From the human T2T-CHM13v2.0 reference genome, Homo sapiens: DNA of 64,000 bases. The position numbers were made by a program, and so were the translations under genes. The DNA is taken from the NCBI RefSeq assembly GCF_009914755.1, contig NC_060940.1; one strand, written 5' to 3'. The notes under the pieces are model-generated. The model saw nothing but the letters and a program-made list of their open reading frames with translations, ran no database searches and had not been told where the DNA came from. Shown here in pieces: positions 30,521-44,945 of the stretch (positions are counted from its first letter, which is position 1; each line of letters starts with the position of its first letter).

Positions 30521-31644
30521 CAGGATTAGATAGGAGGGAGAGGGCAAAGCTCTGGGGCCAGGAGCTTCGGGGAAGGCTGAGTCAGTGCGGCGAAGGCCCA
30601 GGCTTCCAGGTCAGCTGTGCCTGGGTTTGAACCCCCACCCTGCTGTGGGAGGTGGATAGGGTGTTTACGCTCCCCAGCCCTAGTGTGCTTTCCTATAAAA
30701 TGGGAATAATAATATCGCCTATCTCTTGGAGTTGCCGTGGGCATTCCAGGAAGTGTTGCGTGTCAGCAGTACAGTCCCTGCCTGCAGTGTATGCCTAACG
30801 GGTGCCGTTTTCCAGGCCCCACGAGAATGGCATGAATTATGGGTCACAGGCACAGACGGGCCAGAGAGCAGATCTGCCGTGGCTGGGTGGCTTTGGAAAA
30901 TGAGAGGGCCAGCGGTGACATATGCTTGAGCCCAGAAGACCAGTTGGCAGAAAGCATCTTCTCAGAAAAGGAAATTGTGCAGCAAGATTTGAGGCCACCT
31001 TCTGCCTCAGTTTACCCCACTAGAAGGCACCCTGGGGCCTTTGGTCTTCCATGGAGAAGGAAAACATACCCGAAGGAGTTAAGCCATCCCAGCCTTGCAG
31101 CCTGTTCTGAGCTGGGCAGGACCTGGGCATCCCAGGAGGGAACAACTGTTCCTGCCTCACCAGATGGACGTCCACGCTGGGCCCGTGGGAGGGTGCGACA
31201 CTCGCCATCCCCACCAAGGAGGAAACACATCCGCTGGGGAGTTGTGGAGCACAGCCTGCAGCGTGGGGGTGGCGGCATCGTGGGAGCAGGGGGCTGAGGT
31301 CTCCCTACCTAAGAGGACGCCCCCCTTTGTGGGTTCCAGCTGAGATCTGGCGCGGCACCAGCGGCCTGGCCTGCGGGCGGGTAGGGGGGTGGCAGCCATG
31401 TCGGGTTGAGGGGGTGGCCCTCCCTGCAGTCAGCGGCAGGCCGGAGCCAGCTCTGGCCTTGGCAGGGCGGACACGGTGAGAGTCAGCTCCACCTGTGCCG
31501 TGTCAAGGCCGGGAGCGGGCTTGTGGCTGCCGTTCAGCTCACTGGGGCCTTGGCCTCTGCACCCCTCTGGCCTTCCCTGGCCCACCTGGTCCGTCCTCTC
31601 ACTCCGCCCTGCCTTCTCTGGCTAGTGCGGCATCCAGAGTCTCT

Positions 31645-31840
31645 TGGACACTGTCTATGTGCCATGCACCGTGCTAAGTGTTTTCATGTGTACTAAACGA
31701 TTTCATACTCACATGAGTTCCATTCTATAGAGAAGGAAACTGAGGTTCCGAAACTTGCCTGAGGTCACACAGCCAGCAAGTCGTTGAGCTGGGATTTGAA
31801 CCCAGGCAGGTTGGCTCCAGAAGCCGTGCTCTTAACTGCT
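31645..31840 (-). mobile_element. MIR SINE
   Basis: atgtgccatgcaccgtgctaagtg...gaaactgagg...gggatttgaacccaggcag...ctcttaac. Confidence 0.85.
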
Positions 31841-32544
31841 TCAAGAGACTGACTCCTGAAACCAATATTCAGTGAGAGTGGAAAGCGCAGTTCGCAGCTC
31901 CAGGGTACAACAAATGAGCTTTTCCTTAAATCAGAGTAAATCCAAATGTGATTCTCTTGGTCCTTTTCTCATGGTTGCGAGATAGCTGCCACGGCTCCAA
32001 ACATCACATTCTCACACGATAGCATCCAAAAGCAGGGTGAGAAGGGGGTAGAGGGCCCTCTTGCCCTTTTCTCTTTAGGGGAAGAAAGTGTCTCCCAGGA
32101 GGTTTGTGCAAACCTAGGTCCAGTTGTCCAGGGCTGTGCCACATGCCCACTTGTAATTGAAAGGGCTCTGGGAACGTTATCTGCCTCCTCAGGCTCTGTG
32201 GGGGGCAGGCTGGGCCAGTATGGCTGCTGCGTGGGCAGCTGAGTCCCCTGCTCCATCATGGGTTCTCCCAGGAGCCCTGCACTGTAAGTGGTGCTGTCTG
32301 CATTTTACACGTAGGAAAACTGAAGCTAATTGGTTGGGGTCTTGTCTGGCCTCCTTTAACCCCATGCTGGCATTGAGTGCCTGTGCCGTCTGGTTTGTAA
32401 CCTCATTGTTTGTGTTTTAGAACTGCTGCTCCAACCGGCAGGCAAGGACAGGGCTTATTTATCTTTTGTGTGTCCTCTGGCTCAGGGCTAAGCTTCTAGA
32501 AGGTTCTAAATCACTTTGTATTATATTGAAAGGGTTTGTGTTAC

Positions 32545-32900
32545 CCACGCCCCTTTCTTTTTGCAACTGACGCAAACCCAACTCAGACTCACTCAAGCAA
32601 AAGGGGGTTTACTGACTCGTGTAACCGATGGGGTGACATTGGCTTCAGCCTCTTGGATGCAGGACTCACTGGCTGTCTCTAGGCCTCTACCTCTCCCTAC
32701 TTCGCTCTGCCTTTTGCTGCGGGGGTTCATTCTCCAGCAGGCTCTCCTCGCATGCTGTCGGAGATGGCCACCAGCAGTTCTAGGCTGACGTCTAGTGATC
32801 CTGGACATGTGGGGAGAGATTCTTAGCAAATACCCAAGGGCAGATTATGACTGGCCTACCCCGGGGCACATGCCGTGTGTATAAAGGGGGAAAGGGGTGT
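32545..32900 (-). mobile_element. Old MaLR LTR (MLT1J/K-like)
   Basis: ttgcaactgacgcaaacccaactcagact...gatggccaccagcagttctaggct. Confidence 0.6.
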
Positions 32901-32992
32901 ATTAACTCACAGTCCTCCTGGGTTGGAGAGGGACAGATGCTGATTAGATAAAATGGAAAAGTTCCTTACTACAAATGAGTGTGTGGAAGACT

Positions 32993-33720
32993 AGATGGAT
33001 GGATGGATGGATGGATGGATGGATGGATGAGTGGACGGACAGAGGGATGGGTGGAAGGATGGATAGAATGGAATGGATGGATGGATGAATGAATGGATGG
33101 ACAGACGGATGGATGGATAGATGGATGGACGGACGGACGGATGGATAGAAGGACAGATGGATGGATGGACAGATGGATGATGGATGGACAGAAGGATAGA
33201 TGGATGGATGATGATGGATGGATAGCTGGACAGAGGGATGGATGGATGGATGGATGGACAGATGAATGGATGGATGAAAGGATGGATGGAAGGATGGATG
33301 GATGGATGGAAGGATGGATAGAAGGACAGATGGATGGATGGATGGATGGACAGATGGATGATGGACAGAAGGATAGATGGATGGATGATGATGGATGGAT
33401 AGCTGGACAGAGGGATGGATGGATGGACAGATGAATGGATGGATGAAAGGATGGGTGGATGGATGGACGGAAGGACAGATAGAAGGACAGATGGATGGAT
33501 GGACAGATGGATGATGGATGGACAGAAGGATAGATGGATGGATGATGATGGATGGATAGCTGGACAGAGGGATGGATGGATGGATGGATGGACAGATGAA
33601 TGGATGGATGGAAGGATGGATGGATGGATGGATGGATGAATAGATGGATGGACGGAGGGATGGATAGAAAGATGGATGGCTGAATGAGCAGATGGTTAGA
33701 CAAAATAGACAGGTGGAAGT
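32993..33720. repeat. Compound (GGAT)n tract with higher-order repeats
   Basis: GGAT/GGAC/AGAT units; block tagctggacagaggg recurs at 33223, 33400 and 33557. Confidence 0.97.
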
Positions 33721-35649
33721 GTAGATGAATGAGTAGATGATAGATGGACCAGTGGTTAGATGCACGGGTGGAATAGAGGGGTGGCTAGTTGGATGTAGCC
33801 CCCTCTCCCTGCCTTCCTTAGGAGCTCTCTGGGCAGAGCTACCTGTGTGATGATGACCATGTTGGGTCTTCCTCTTGGTCAGCAACCTGTCTAGGCTCTG
33901 AAGCCCATTTAAACCTTCATTTTTGTATCAAGGTTATTTCTGCTCTTTTCTCTGTGTCAGAATTACTGTTGTCTCAGCCTAAAATGATGCCTGGTTATCT
34001 GAAAAAAGCTAGAAGGCGAGGAACTTGCAAAAGCAAATGAAAAGTCATCATGGTGCTGGCCTCTGGGGATACCCAATGTTGACATCTGGTGGGTGTCTCT
34101 CTGGTGGCTCTTTTCTGACCGCCATGAATGCCAGTGTTGGCTTGCCCCCCTGCCGCTGTTTAGGGAGTGCCAGGCCTCAGGGGACCTGGGCCAAGCCAGG
34201 CTCACTCCCCCACAGTGAGAGGCGGTGCTGGGGAGACATAAAGCAGCAAAAGCCTTCCTGGCAGGCAGACCAGAAGCAAGGCGTTGGCCTTCGATACATC
34301 CCTTGGGAGGTAAATGTTTGTTTCAACAAGGCCACAGCGAGCCAAGCATTTTTATGACTCCTTCCTTGGGAGCTGCCTTCTGAACCCCAAAGAACATCCA
34401 AAGAGAAGCTGTGGCCACAGTGTGCTCCCCAGGGGCCTCACTTTGAAAAGGCCAACCCTCGTTTATCTGAAATTAAATGTTCTGTCCACTTGACATCTAC
34501 TCCCCTCGGACCTCCACCTTCCCAGGGGGAGGATGGGAACCCAGGCTACCCCAGGAGGACTCAGGCTCTGACATCCTCAGATGGGTGGATGGACAGGGGC
34601 TGATGGTGTGGACAGGCTGTGAGTGTCCAGAGTGAAAGAGGAACGAGCTGCTCCCTGGTGGCTTTTCCTGCTCAGGGTGTGGTCTCGGGAGCAAAATGGA
34701 TAGACCCTCCAGAGCCCTGGTCTCCTGCCATGTGGCCCAAGGGAGGCCCAGCAGACCCAGCTCCTGTGTGAGGACTGGGCAGGAGGAGGTGGCTTCCCCT
34801 CCCATCGAGGTGCTCCTTGCTAGGCTCCAGCCAGTGGGGTCCTGCGAAACAACAGTCTCCTGCCACTGTATGTGGCTCTTCTGCCCAGAGCGCCAGCTCC
34901 AAGTCTCAGCTCAAAAGCCACTTCCTCCCGGAGGCCTCGCTGACCACCCCAGCTTTCTTAGCTTCCTTCCACCCAGGTTGCATTTTCAGGATCTCAACCC
35001 TATGTTAGGATTCTTTCTGATCCAAATGAATGAATGAATGAATGGTCCCAGGTGTGAATTAATGAATGGCTCCAGGTGTGAGCGTGCAAAGTGCATGAGC
35101 CTGGGCAAGGTCCACATGGCGGGGGCCACGTGGGCGTCAAGGTGGGCAGCTGAGGTCAGAGATGGCAGTCGGCAGTCGAGGGCAGGGAGACCTTTGCTTT
35201 GGTCCCAGTGGCCTTGCTGGGGCTGCTAGCCCCATGGCTCCAAACAGGCCCCCCAGCTGGGCCTTGTCCTCTTGAATGAAATGCAGAGGCAGCTCCAGTC
35301 CTGGTCTTCTCATCCCCGACAGTCCCCCTTGCTGTTTCCCTCGTGGGACCCTGTGCCTGCAAAGGCGAGGTGTCTACCCAGCCTCGTTTGTCAGCCAAGC
35401 ACTCATTCATTGCATCATTTCGTCTTCTTAATCAAATCACTATCCACCCACCAGGTGTTTGCGTGGGGTGAACAGCCCAGTGCCTGCTAGGTTGACAGAA
35501 TTGTCACCAAAATCAAGGGTACCTGAGTTGGAGCCAGGCTGGAGCCCTCAGGTGGAGGCTGGGCGGGGTGGTTCGGCCTTTGGGGAAATTTAGAACAGTT
35601 CCAGGGCCCCGTTCTCTCCTCCTGAGGGGTGGGAACTGCTCTGACAGCT

Positions 35650-35830
35650 GCATATGCACACATGTGCCTGTGTGTTCATGTATGTTCATGCACACATGTT
35701 GTACAGTGTCTGGATGCTTGCATGTATGCGGTGTGTGATATGTGTCCACGTGGCGTCTGCATGTGTGGCCTCTGCATGTGTGTGTGTGCATGTGGTGTGT
35801 GTGGATGGGGGGTGTGCGTGTGGATGGGTG
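35650..35830. repeat. Degenerate (TG)/(TGCA) low-complexity tract
   Basis: tgtgtg/catgtg-rich. Confidence 0.8.
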
Positions 35831-36169
35831 GTGGAGGCAGTGGGAACAGACACACTGACAGGGACTTTCTTGGAATGATTAATGGTTTTTGGAAGGAGGC
35901 AGGCATCCATCAGACGCTCCTGGCAGGTTCTCAGCTGGCACTTTGCTGGCCTCCTGGCTGGACCAGCCCAGGTGAGGCTGCCTGCTCAGCCCAAGTGGCC
36001 TGGGGAGGTGTAGGGAGCCCCTTTGGAGCCGACACAGGTTTGTTCTGTCCCAGGGCCCTCCTACCCCTGCCCCCTGTCCACACATGGCAGGGATCACATG
36101 GGCAGGAGCACAGAAGGCGGCTCCTCAAACCTGAATGGGCCCCAGAACCAGCCCCCCAGCCCCTATATA

Positions 36170-36292
36170 ACAAAAGCAGATTCCAAGGCCCCCTTGGGAA
36201 CTCAGGTTCAATAGGACAAGACCAGGGCGAGGGAATCTGCATTTTAACAACCATTGTAGGCGTCTGGTTCTGGTGGGCTTTGAAGAACCCAC
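36170..36292. mobile_element. MER5-like hAT fragment
   Basis: aaagcagattccaaggcccc...ggaatctgcattttaacaa...tttgaagaacc. Confidence 0.6.
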
Positions 36293-37585
36293 CTAGTGCT
36301 GCAAGGGAGTCTTGGTGCAGGCCAGGAAGGTATCCACTCCCCGCCCTCCTATATTTGCCCCTTAGATACCCATCCCCTGGCTCCCTTTTGCTGAGTGATG
36401 CTAGGCTAGTCACTTTACCTCTCTGGGCTACTGCCTCATTTTGAAACCAGAGTCTCCTCTCTTACTAGCTTTGGGGCCTCTCTGGGCTCCACCATCTTGG
36501 TCTTGGTCTGTACAGTGGGGATCACATGAGCACCACCTCCCCAGGTTCTCCGGCTCATGGAAGGAGTGAGTGAGCACAGGGACCGCTCCAGCAGCAACTC
36601 TGGATAGTGACGTTTCCTGCCATTGCTATTCTCTGCCCTGGAGACGGATGGGCGGTTAGGTGGGGCGGGGTGGCTCTGAGCTAGCGGATCCCACTAAGGG
36701 TAACAGATGCCTGCCAAGCACTTTCCATCCCTGTGGGCTGTGTCCTCATTCCCAATTTACAGACAGGAAAACCAAGGCTCAGGGAGGCCCTGTGACGTTC
36801 CCAACGCCAGGAGGCCCAGGAGGGCAGATCTCAAAGCCGCTGGCCTCACACTGCCCTTGACCCTCTGCTGGACCAGGGGAGAGGCTGAGGATGCCGGCCC
36901 CGCCCCGGCTCCGCCCCCGCAGCAGCAGGGAGGAGCCGGCAGCCTTGGGAATGCTGGCGGGTGGGGTGGAGGCGGTGGGAGCCGCGGCCGCCAGCGAATA
37001 CGGCCCAGCTGGGGGATTAGAAGGCATCTGGCTCAGTTTACACCAAAGAAACAAAGGCGGCTGCCGGCGCCTTTATCTACTGCGGAGGGGCGGGGGTTGC
37101 CCTGGGCCCCGCCGGAGACCCGGATACTAGAGAGAGAGGCCAATCTGGGCCCTGATCCCCCTCCTGGCTCCTCGCATCCCCAGGACCCTCAGAGATGGGA
37201 CCAGACATCTGTAGATGGGGGCGGGGTGTTCCTGGGTGGGGTGAGGTGGAGGGGCAGGGGTCCTAGGGGCCCCAGACTCCTCACCGCTGCCCCTCCCAGG
37301 CAGCTCCGCCCAGCTCGAAATAGGGGTGTCCTTTCTCCCCAGGCTGGGGCTCTCAATTACTGAAAGGAAACATCCAATAAAACAAAATCAGAACAAGCTC
37401 CCAACCCCCCGGCCGCCTCTGGCTGCCAGGCGGGGGTGGGCTGGCCTCTTCCCCCACTGCTGGGGGGTGACGGCTCCCCAGGCGAAGAGGGGTTGGTTCT
37501 GGCCCCCTCACCCCCCTCCCACCTCAGAGAGGCCTCTCCTCTCCAGACCGCAGCGGGGGGTGGGGTGAGGGGGGTGATGGAAGGG

Positions 37586-37588
<3 letters not shown>

Positions 37589-37627
<39 letters not shown>
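37589..37627. repeat. (TG)19 microsatellite
   Basis: Perfect TG run. Confidence 0.99.
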
Positions 37628-37629
<2 letters not shown>

Positions 37630-37829
37630 GGGGTGTGTTCTGGCCTCCCATCTCCCTCCCACTGCAGAGAGGTCTTTCCTGGCCAGACCTGGATGAGGGG
37701 GTGATAAAGGGACTATATGTGTGTGTGTGGGTGGGGGGGGGCGCGTGTTCTCGCCCCTCCTCTGCCACCACGGGGGTGGGGCTCATACTCCTCGTCCCCC
37801 CTCCTCCCCCCGAGGGTGGGGTTGGATTC

Positions 37830-38440
37830 CGTCCCCTCCCCCAGACCATTGGGTGGCGTTCTGGCCCCTTCCCCTCTGCGGCGGGACTAGGAGGTGGGGG
37901 GCCCGCCCGCCCCAGGAAGCGTGGCGGGTGCCAGGCGGGCGAGGCGCCGGCCGGTGAGCGCGGCTGGCTGGAGCCAGGAGCTGACCTTACGGGCGCCGGG
38001 GCAGCTGTTCGCGATGCACATCTGGCAGCGGCGCCCGCGCCCCGCCCCCGCGCTGGCCGGGCGCTACCTTCCAGGAATGCGCGCATCTGGGGAGCGAGGC
38101 TGCAGCAGCCGGCGCCCCCTCCGGCGCCGGGCCTGGGCCTGGGCCTGGGCCTGGGGCTGAGGCTGGGCCTGGGGCTGCGGCTGGGGCTGGGGCTGGGGCT
38201 GGGGCTGGTGCCGCCCCTCCCGGATTTCCCGGCTCCTCCCTCCCTGGCTGCCTGTGTGGCTCCCGGGCAGGCTGTAAGCTGGGCCACCGGACCGGAAAAG
38301 AGGGCGGCCGGGCTCGGGTTTCTCCTGGTGGGGGCTGGGACCGGCTCTTGGGGCCCCCATAGTACGGAGGGAGAAACTGAGGCCCGGAGGGGTGAAGGGC
38401 CGGGTCCTAGGGCACCTTGGCTGGCCCCCGTGGTGCGAGC
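37830..38440. promoter_or_regulatory. CpG-island-like region, candidate promoter
   Basis: Very high GC and CpG density without interspersed repeats; GC box cccgcccc 37906-37913 and ETS core caggaag 37913-37919; satellite CpG patch at ~36870-37130. Confidence 0.75.
38129..38206. repeat. GGGCCT/GGGGCT hexamer repeat, 13 units
   Basis: (gggcct)4 ggggct gaggct gggcct ggggct gcggct (ggggct)4. Confidence 0.97.
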
Positions 38441-39198
38441 TGTGGCACAACAGATGCTGACTTCTGTGTAAAAGTCAAATAAGGATCTGAGTGTGGTCAA
38501 GTCCACAGAGCTTCATTTTCACATCCCCCAAGTTGCATGGCCCTGGCTGGGTCTGGGCCTCTGGCCCAGTGGGCTAAAAACTCTGAGACTTGGGGTCCCA
38601 CTGGGGGCATAGGAATGAGCGGAGGCAAGCACATCATGTGTGACTCCCGTTGTGGGGAGAACGGCCTGTGCATAGGCCTGGGTGTGGGTACCTTCCGTGT
38701 GTCTCATGGTGTGGAGAGAGAACAGTGTGTGCATAGGCCTGGGGGTGGGTTGGGCCAGCTTGAAGGCTGTGAATGCCTGCTCTTGGGTCCCAACAGCCTG
38801 TATTTCTTTGGACTTTGTGGTTGAGTCATAGGGAGCCATTGAAGGTTCCTGAGCAGGAGAGTGGCCTGTGGAGTCCTGGCCAAAGTTCTCTCTCCAGCCT
38901 GGGTAGAGTGCCCCAGAGATTATGAGGGAACAACTCCTGCTGCCTGTAATACCTCTAAAGTGTGCCTCCCCTGTACCTACAAGGCCCCCTGGGACCTTGG
39001 GACCTCTGCCTGGCTCCCCCCGACCATCCCTTCCTTAGACCTCACACCTTCCAGCCACCTGCCCTTGCAGAACTCCCCGAATGAACTGTGAGTCACTTGC
39101 ACCCTGAGTGCATTTATGACCACTGTCACCACCCCAAGGGTTTCCATTTCAAGCTGGTGTCTCACAGAGGATGAAAGAGACTTCCAGAAAGAATAATG

Positions 39199-40336
<1,138 letters not shown>

Positions 40337-41046
40337 CTATTGATGTTTTCTCTGCCCAGGTTCTCCCCACACACGGGGTTAGGGAGGGTGTGCCAGCCTG
40401 CCCTCACATCCCCAGACAGAGTCCCCCTCCAGCATCTGCTGCCTACCTCCTTCTCCCTCAGTGCCTGTTTGTTTTTCTTCCAGAACCATCGCCTCTCACC
40501 AAGGCAGCCATCCAAGGGGGGCGGTGTTCCGGAGACATCCTCTGCCCCCCGCACCCCTGCAGCGGTAGCCTGGTGGGGGCTGGTGCTGCAGTTTCGTCAG
40601 CCCTTGGCTCCGGGCTCTGCAGGCGGAATCCCGAGCCTGCGTGAGGGCCGCCCTGGCCTCGGCGTGTGTCCTGGGAAGGGGCGTTGGAAGCCTCTCTGCT
40701 TGTCTTGGCTGCCTCTGCTCGCTCAGCTCTGCCCCCACTGGGGCCGCCAGCCTCTGCACTCCCCCTTGGAGGAGCCAGGCAGGGTTTGGGTCGGAGCTGG
40801 GGTAGAGGAAGGCTCCAGGCGGCTTGCCGCAGGATCTCCCTGCTGTAGCCAGCCCTTGGGGCGCTCAGCAGGGTGGGGGACCATCAGTCAGGGTGGGGGA
40901 CCCTCAGTCAGGATAGGGGGGCTCCTGTTCTTTCCACTGCCACCAAGCTACCCTTCCCCTAACTTATTCATCCACAGGGCTCCTTCCTTCCAGTCCTTCC
41001 TCCAACAGATACTTAATGAGCATCTACTGTGTGCTAGACCTGCTGA

Positions 41047-41402
<356 letters not shown>

Positions 41403-42189
41403 TAGCGAAAGTCATTGGAAGGTGTTAATGGGGGCGGTGGCCAGAGCTGGGCATTTAAAGACCCTCCTAGTGCAAGGTGGCTGCCTCTGGGGACAAGCAG
41501 GTATTGAGCACCAGGTGTGAGGCAGGGCATGTGAGCAAAGCTGGCAGAGATCCCTCCCTGGGGAGCTTGGTGGAAGGCGCTGCAGGGGTGAGGAGGACCG
41601 TCTGCTTCAAGAGCTCTGAGAAGGGACACTGACCTGTCCTTGCACGGCTGCCCTGAGTCCCCCTGGGCTCCACCTGCAAGCCTTTCCTGGAGCCTGGCCT
41701 CAGGATCCTGGTGCTACCATGCCTTCAGGACTAAGCACCTTCCCACCTAACCTGGGCTGCAGGAGATGAGGCTGGGAGAGGTGAGAGCTGGAGAGCCAGG
41801 GCGGGCCCCACGGCTCCCAGCTCCTAGTGAGGGCTCTTCCGGGTAACTCCATACCCGACCTTGGGGAGACACAGGGACACAGCCAGGGTTGGGGGTCCCA
41901 CCGGGGCTGTGATTCTGCCATATTGTCATGATTCAATAGAAATCTCTTCTCCATCTTGATCACCCCAGTTCTGGATCCTGAAATCCGATACTGAAATCCT
42001 GAAAATCTCAGATCCCAAACCAACGGAAAGTCTGATTTGCCACCTTAGGTCTGGAAATGTTTTTGGTCTTGGTCTGCTGGTAACGGGGTGCATCCTTCTG
42101 CATCAGAGCATCAGGCCTGACATTGAACTGTGTGCGCTTCACTGTAAATGTCTGTGGCCTGGTAGAACAACCCTGGCTCAAGGGCCTAG

Positions 42190-42345
42190 AGTGAGCCTGC
42201 AGCCCTGTGGCGCCGCCAGTGCGTGGCTTTAAGCAAGTTACTGAATCTCTCTGAGCCTCAACTTGCTCATCTGTAAAGTGGGACATAGGTGTTGTTCTCC
42301 AAGCGTTCTTGTGAAGATGAAATAAGTTAATAGGAATGTGATGCT
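42190..42345 (+). mobile_element. MIR SINE
   Basis: gcaagttactgaatctctctgagcctcaacttgctcatctgtaaagtggg...tgtgaagatgaaataag. Confidence 0.85.
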
Positions 42346-43269
42346 TGGCCGTTGTCACTGTTCTGATGACACGTGGGTGCCCAGGGTGTTCTCTGTACCT
42401 GTTCCCTCCTCCCCAGTCATTAGCCCAGGGGCTTCCCCAGCTGGAATCCCACACCTTCCCTGCTGGTTCTGGGTCCCTTCCCCAGCCGCACAGCCACAGC
42501 CAGAGCCCCTCAGTTGGCTCAGGCCCCCTCAGGGTAGACCAGACCCCCACCAAGGGGGAGGGGGGTGGAGTGTCAGCATCCGGCACTTCCGACCCCTGCA
42601 TTCCTCATCAACGTCTCTCCTGGGGCTGCTGCTGGCCTTTCCTGCCAGCTTCCCTGTTGGGGTTCGCAGCCCAGGAGTCCTGGCAGGGGCGAGGGGCCGG
42701 TCACTGAGGCTCTCTGAGCCTCACCTGGAGTGAGGGGAAGATGGTAGTTCCCGCTGCTAGGGGTCTCCCAGACTTAAACGAGATGGTGCATGGAGGGGTC
42801 ATGAAGAGCTGGAGCCTGGGTGCGCCCTGCGAGGTTCCTCGGGGCCACTGTTGGCATGCTGCCCATAAGGACTGCCATTGTCCTGAGCAGAGTGACAGTT
42901 GAGGGTGTCAGAATGGGCGCTCAGGACTTCGTCTCTCTTGGCTGAATTGTATTCAGAGGCTGGTGCTGGGTTGGGGGGTCCCAGGTAATTATGATTCCAG
43001 CACAGTCGGGGAGCAGAGAGGCTGGACGCAGGACCCAGGGAAGCAGAAACACGCCTTTCTGTAAGTCATGGAGAGATGTGTTCCCATCCTGCTAGCTCCC
43101 TCCTAGAAAAAATGCCCCCTTGAAAGCTGCCACCCTAGGCCTTGGTGTCTCTCAGTCCAGTCTGGAGGCTGGAGGAGGCCGTTTCCATCTTCCATGGATG
43201 CCTGTCATGGTTTTCAAGGCTTTAGCCAGGCTTCCCCGTGAAACGAGCCTCCTTCTTCCTCTGAGACAG

Positions 43270-43480
43270 ACCTGAGCTTGAACCTGGCTCTGATACTTCC
43301 TAGCTGCGTGACCTTGGGCTCGGCTGCGTGACCTTGGGCTCGGCTGCGAGACCTTGGGCTCGTTGCTTCTCCTCCCAGAGCCTCAGTTCTTTGTGTCTGT
43401 AAAAGCAGGGCTGATGGTTTTCACCCTAGAGGGCTGTGGTGAGGAGTCGGTGCTGGGGCACCCAGCATAGGCCCTGGCAC
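43270..43480 (+). mobile_element. MIR SINE containing a 20-bp x3 tandem repeat (43303-43362)
   Basis: tagctgcgtgaccttgggc...gagcctcagttc...ctgtaaaagcaggg. Confidence 0.8.
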
Positions 43481-43579
43481 CTGGCAGTTGCCCCCTGAGG
43501 GTGTGCTTCCCTGTGCTACCTCCCAGGCCCTCTCTGTCTCTGCCCCACCTTTTCCCAAGTGGGCATTGCATGGCTTCAT

Positions 43580-43702
43580 GCTGGTAGCTTGCAGTCTGCT
43601 GTGGTGGGAGTGTTTACACCAGGGAAATGGGCGGGTACTGCAAGCTGGAGTTGGTTATTTTTTTTCAGAAAGCTGGTGGTTAAACCTTTACCTCACACCG
43701 CA
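43580..43702. mobile_element. MER63-like hAT fragment
   Basis: ggtagcttgcag...ggtgggagtgtttacaccagggaaat...ggttaaacctttacctcacacc. Confidence 0.6.
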
Positions 43703-44945
43703 GGGAGGGGGCCTTGGTGAGTCTCTGAATAAACTCTGTCAATTACCCGGTGTGGTCTCCCAGTGCCTGGATTTAGGAATATGTCACTCAGCTAGTAAGC
43801 CACCGAACAGGGATTCAAACTCAGGTCTGCATGACTCTGAAACCCTGCGCTTTATGTACTCAGCCCTCCTAGGGTGGTGTGGGAGGGCTTCCTGGAGGCG
43901 GTGTGGCTCCCAGCTGGGATTCAAAGGACTTTATTTCCCAGATCTCTCCTCCTGTACTCACTTTAGGACTAAGAGTGGCCGATGCCCTTTATGGTATCTC
44001 ATGGCCTACACAATAGACCCCCTCCCCGGGCACCCCCAGCCCACACTGGGCATCCTGTCCTCCCTTCATGGTGGCTGCCGGGAGGGGAGGGAGCTGGCCC
44101 CTCCGAAGCTGCTCATCTCTCCCAGTTGCTGTCTGCACCTGGGGTCAGCCAGGTTCCCTTGCTCCCTGCTACACCGTCCTGGTGTCCCTGCCTCTGCCCT
44201 GAGCCCTCCACTCTCAGGAGCTGCAAGAGTCCCACGTCCCCAAGTGATTTGTGCTGGTGCTCACTGGCATTACAGATTCACTGCCCATCACACGCCAGGC
44301 ATCTCGCCCTGTGGATGCCTGCAGAGGCCCTCGCTTCCTCTCCTGGCACCAAAGAAGAGTGTAATGCCTTTCTGTCCACAAGCTTCAGTATCCTCTGCTC
44401 ACCCCAGCCCCCCTGCAAGCAGCCGCCCTCCTGCTTCCCCTCTGCCAGAGGCTCAGCAGCCCTCGGGGTCTGTCCCTGCTGGCCAGGGCCTGCAAACAGG
44501 TGATGTGTCACCCTCCCCGCACCCCCATGCAGGAAGGGGTGGGTCAGTGTGGTCAGCAGGACCACGTGGAGCCAAGCAGTTGGTGAAGGCCACCTTCCAT
44601 CTTTCTGTCGGTGCCCCGCAGGGCAGGGCCTGTGCTCGGCCACTTTGCACTGGTCCTTCTTCTAAACTCATAGCAGCACAGTGTGGACAGCGTTGTCACC
44701 AGCGCTTTACAGATGGGTGCACTGAGGCCCATCCAGGACAGCCGTGCCTGCTGGGCTTGAGGGAGCAGCCCCTGCCCAAAGCAGGGAGGGCTGGATGGGG
44801 ACTCTGGAAACAGGAGGTATACGACAGCGACCCCGACCCCACTGCTCCTTAGAAATGCTGGCCCTGCTCCTGGGGATTCTGATGTAATTGGCTTGGGGTG
44901 GAGCCTGGGCTTGGACATCTTTGCAAAGTTCTCTAGGTGACCCTG

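Noticed and set aside
32944-33885. HPSI/MDGW-repeat ORFs
   Set aside because: Translations of the GGAT microsatellite
36164-36170. TATATAA as a TATA box
   Set aside because: At the edge of a MER5-like fragment with no other promoter evidence
37508-38506. 332- and 293-aa ORFs across the CpG island
   Set aside because: Stop-poor GC-rich DNA and hexamer/TG repeats; not a recognisable protein
43488-44852. 454-aa ORF
   Set aside because: Non-ATG start, crosses MER63/MIR-like remnants, no domain; expected by chance in GC-rich DNA
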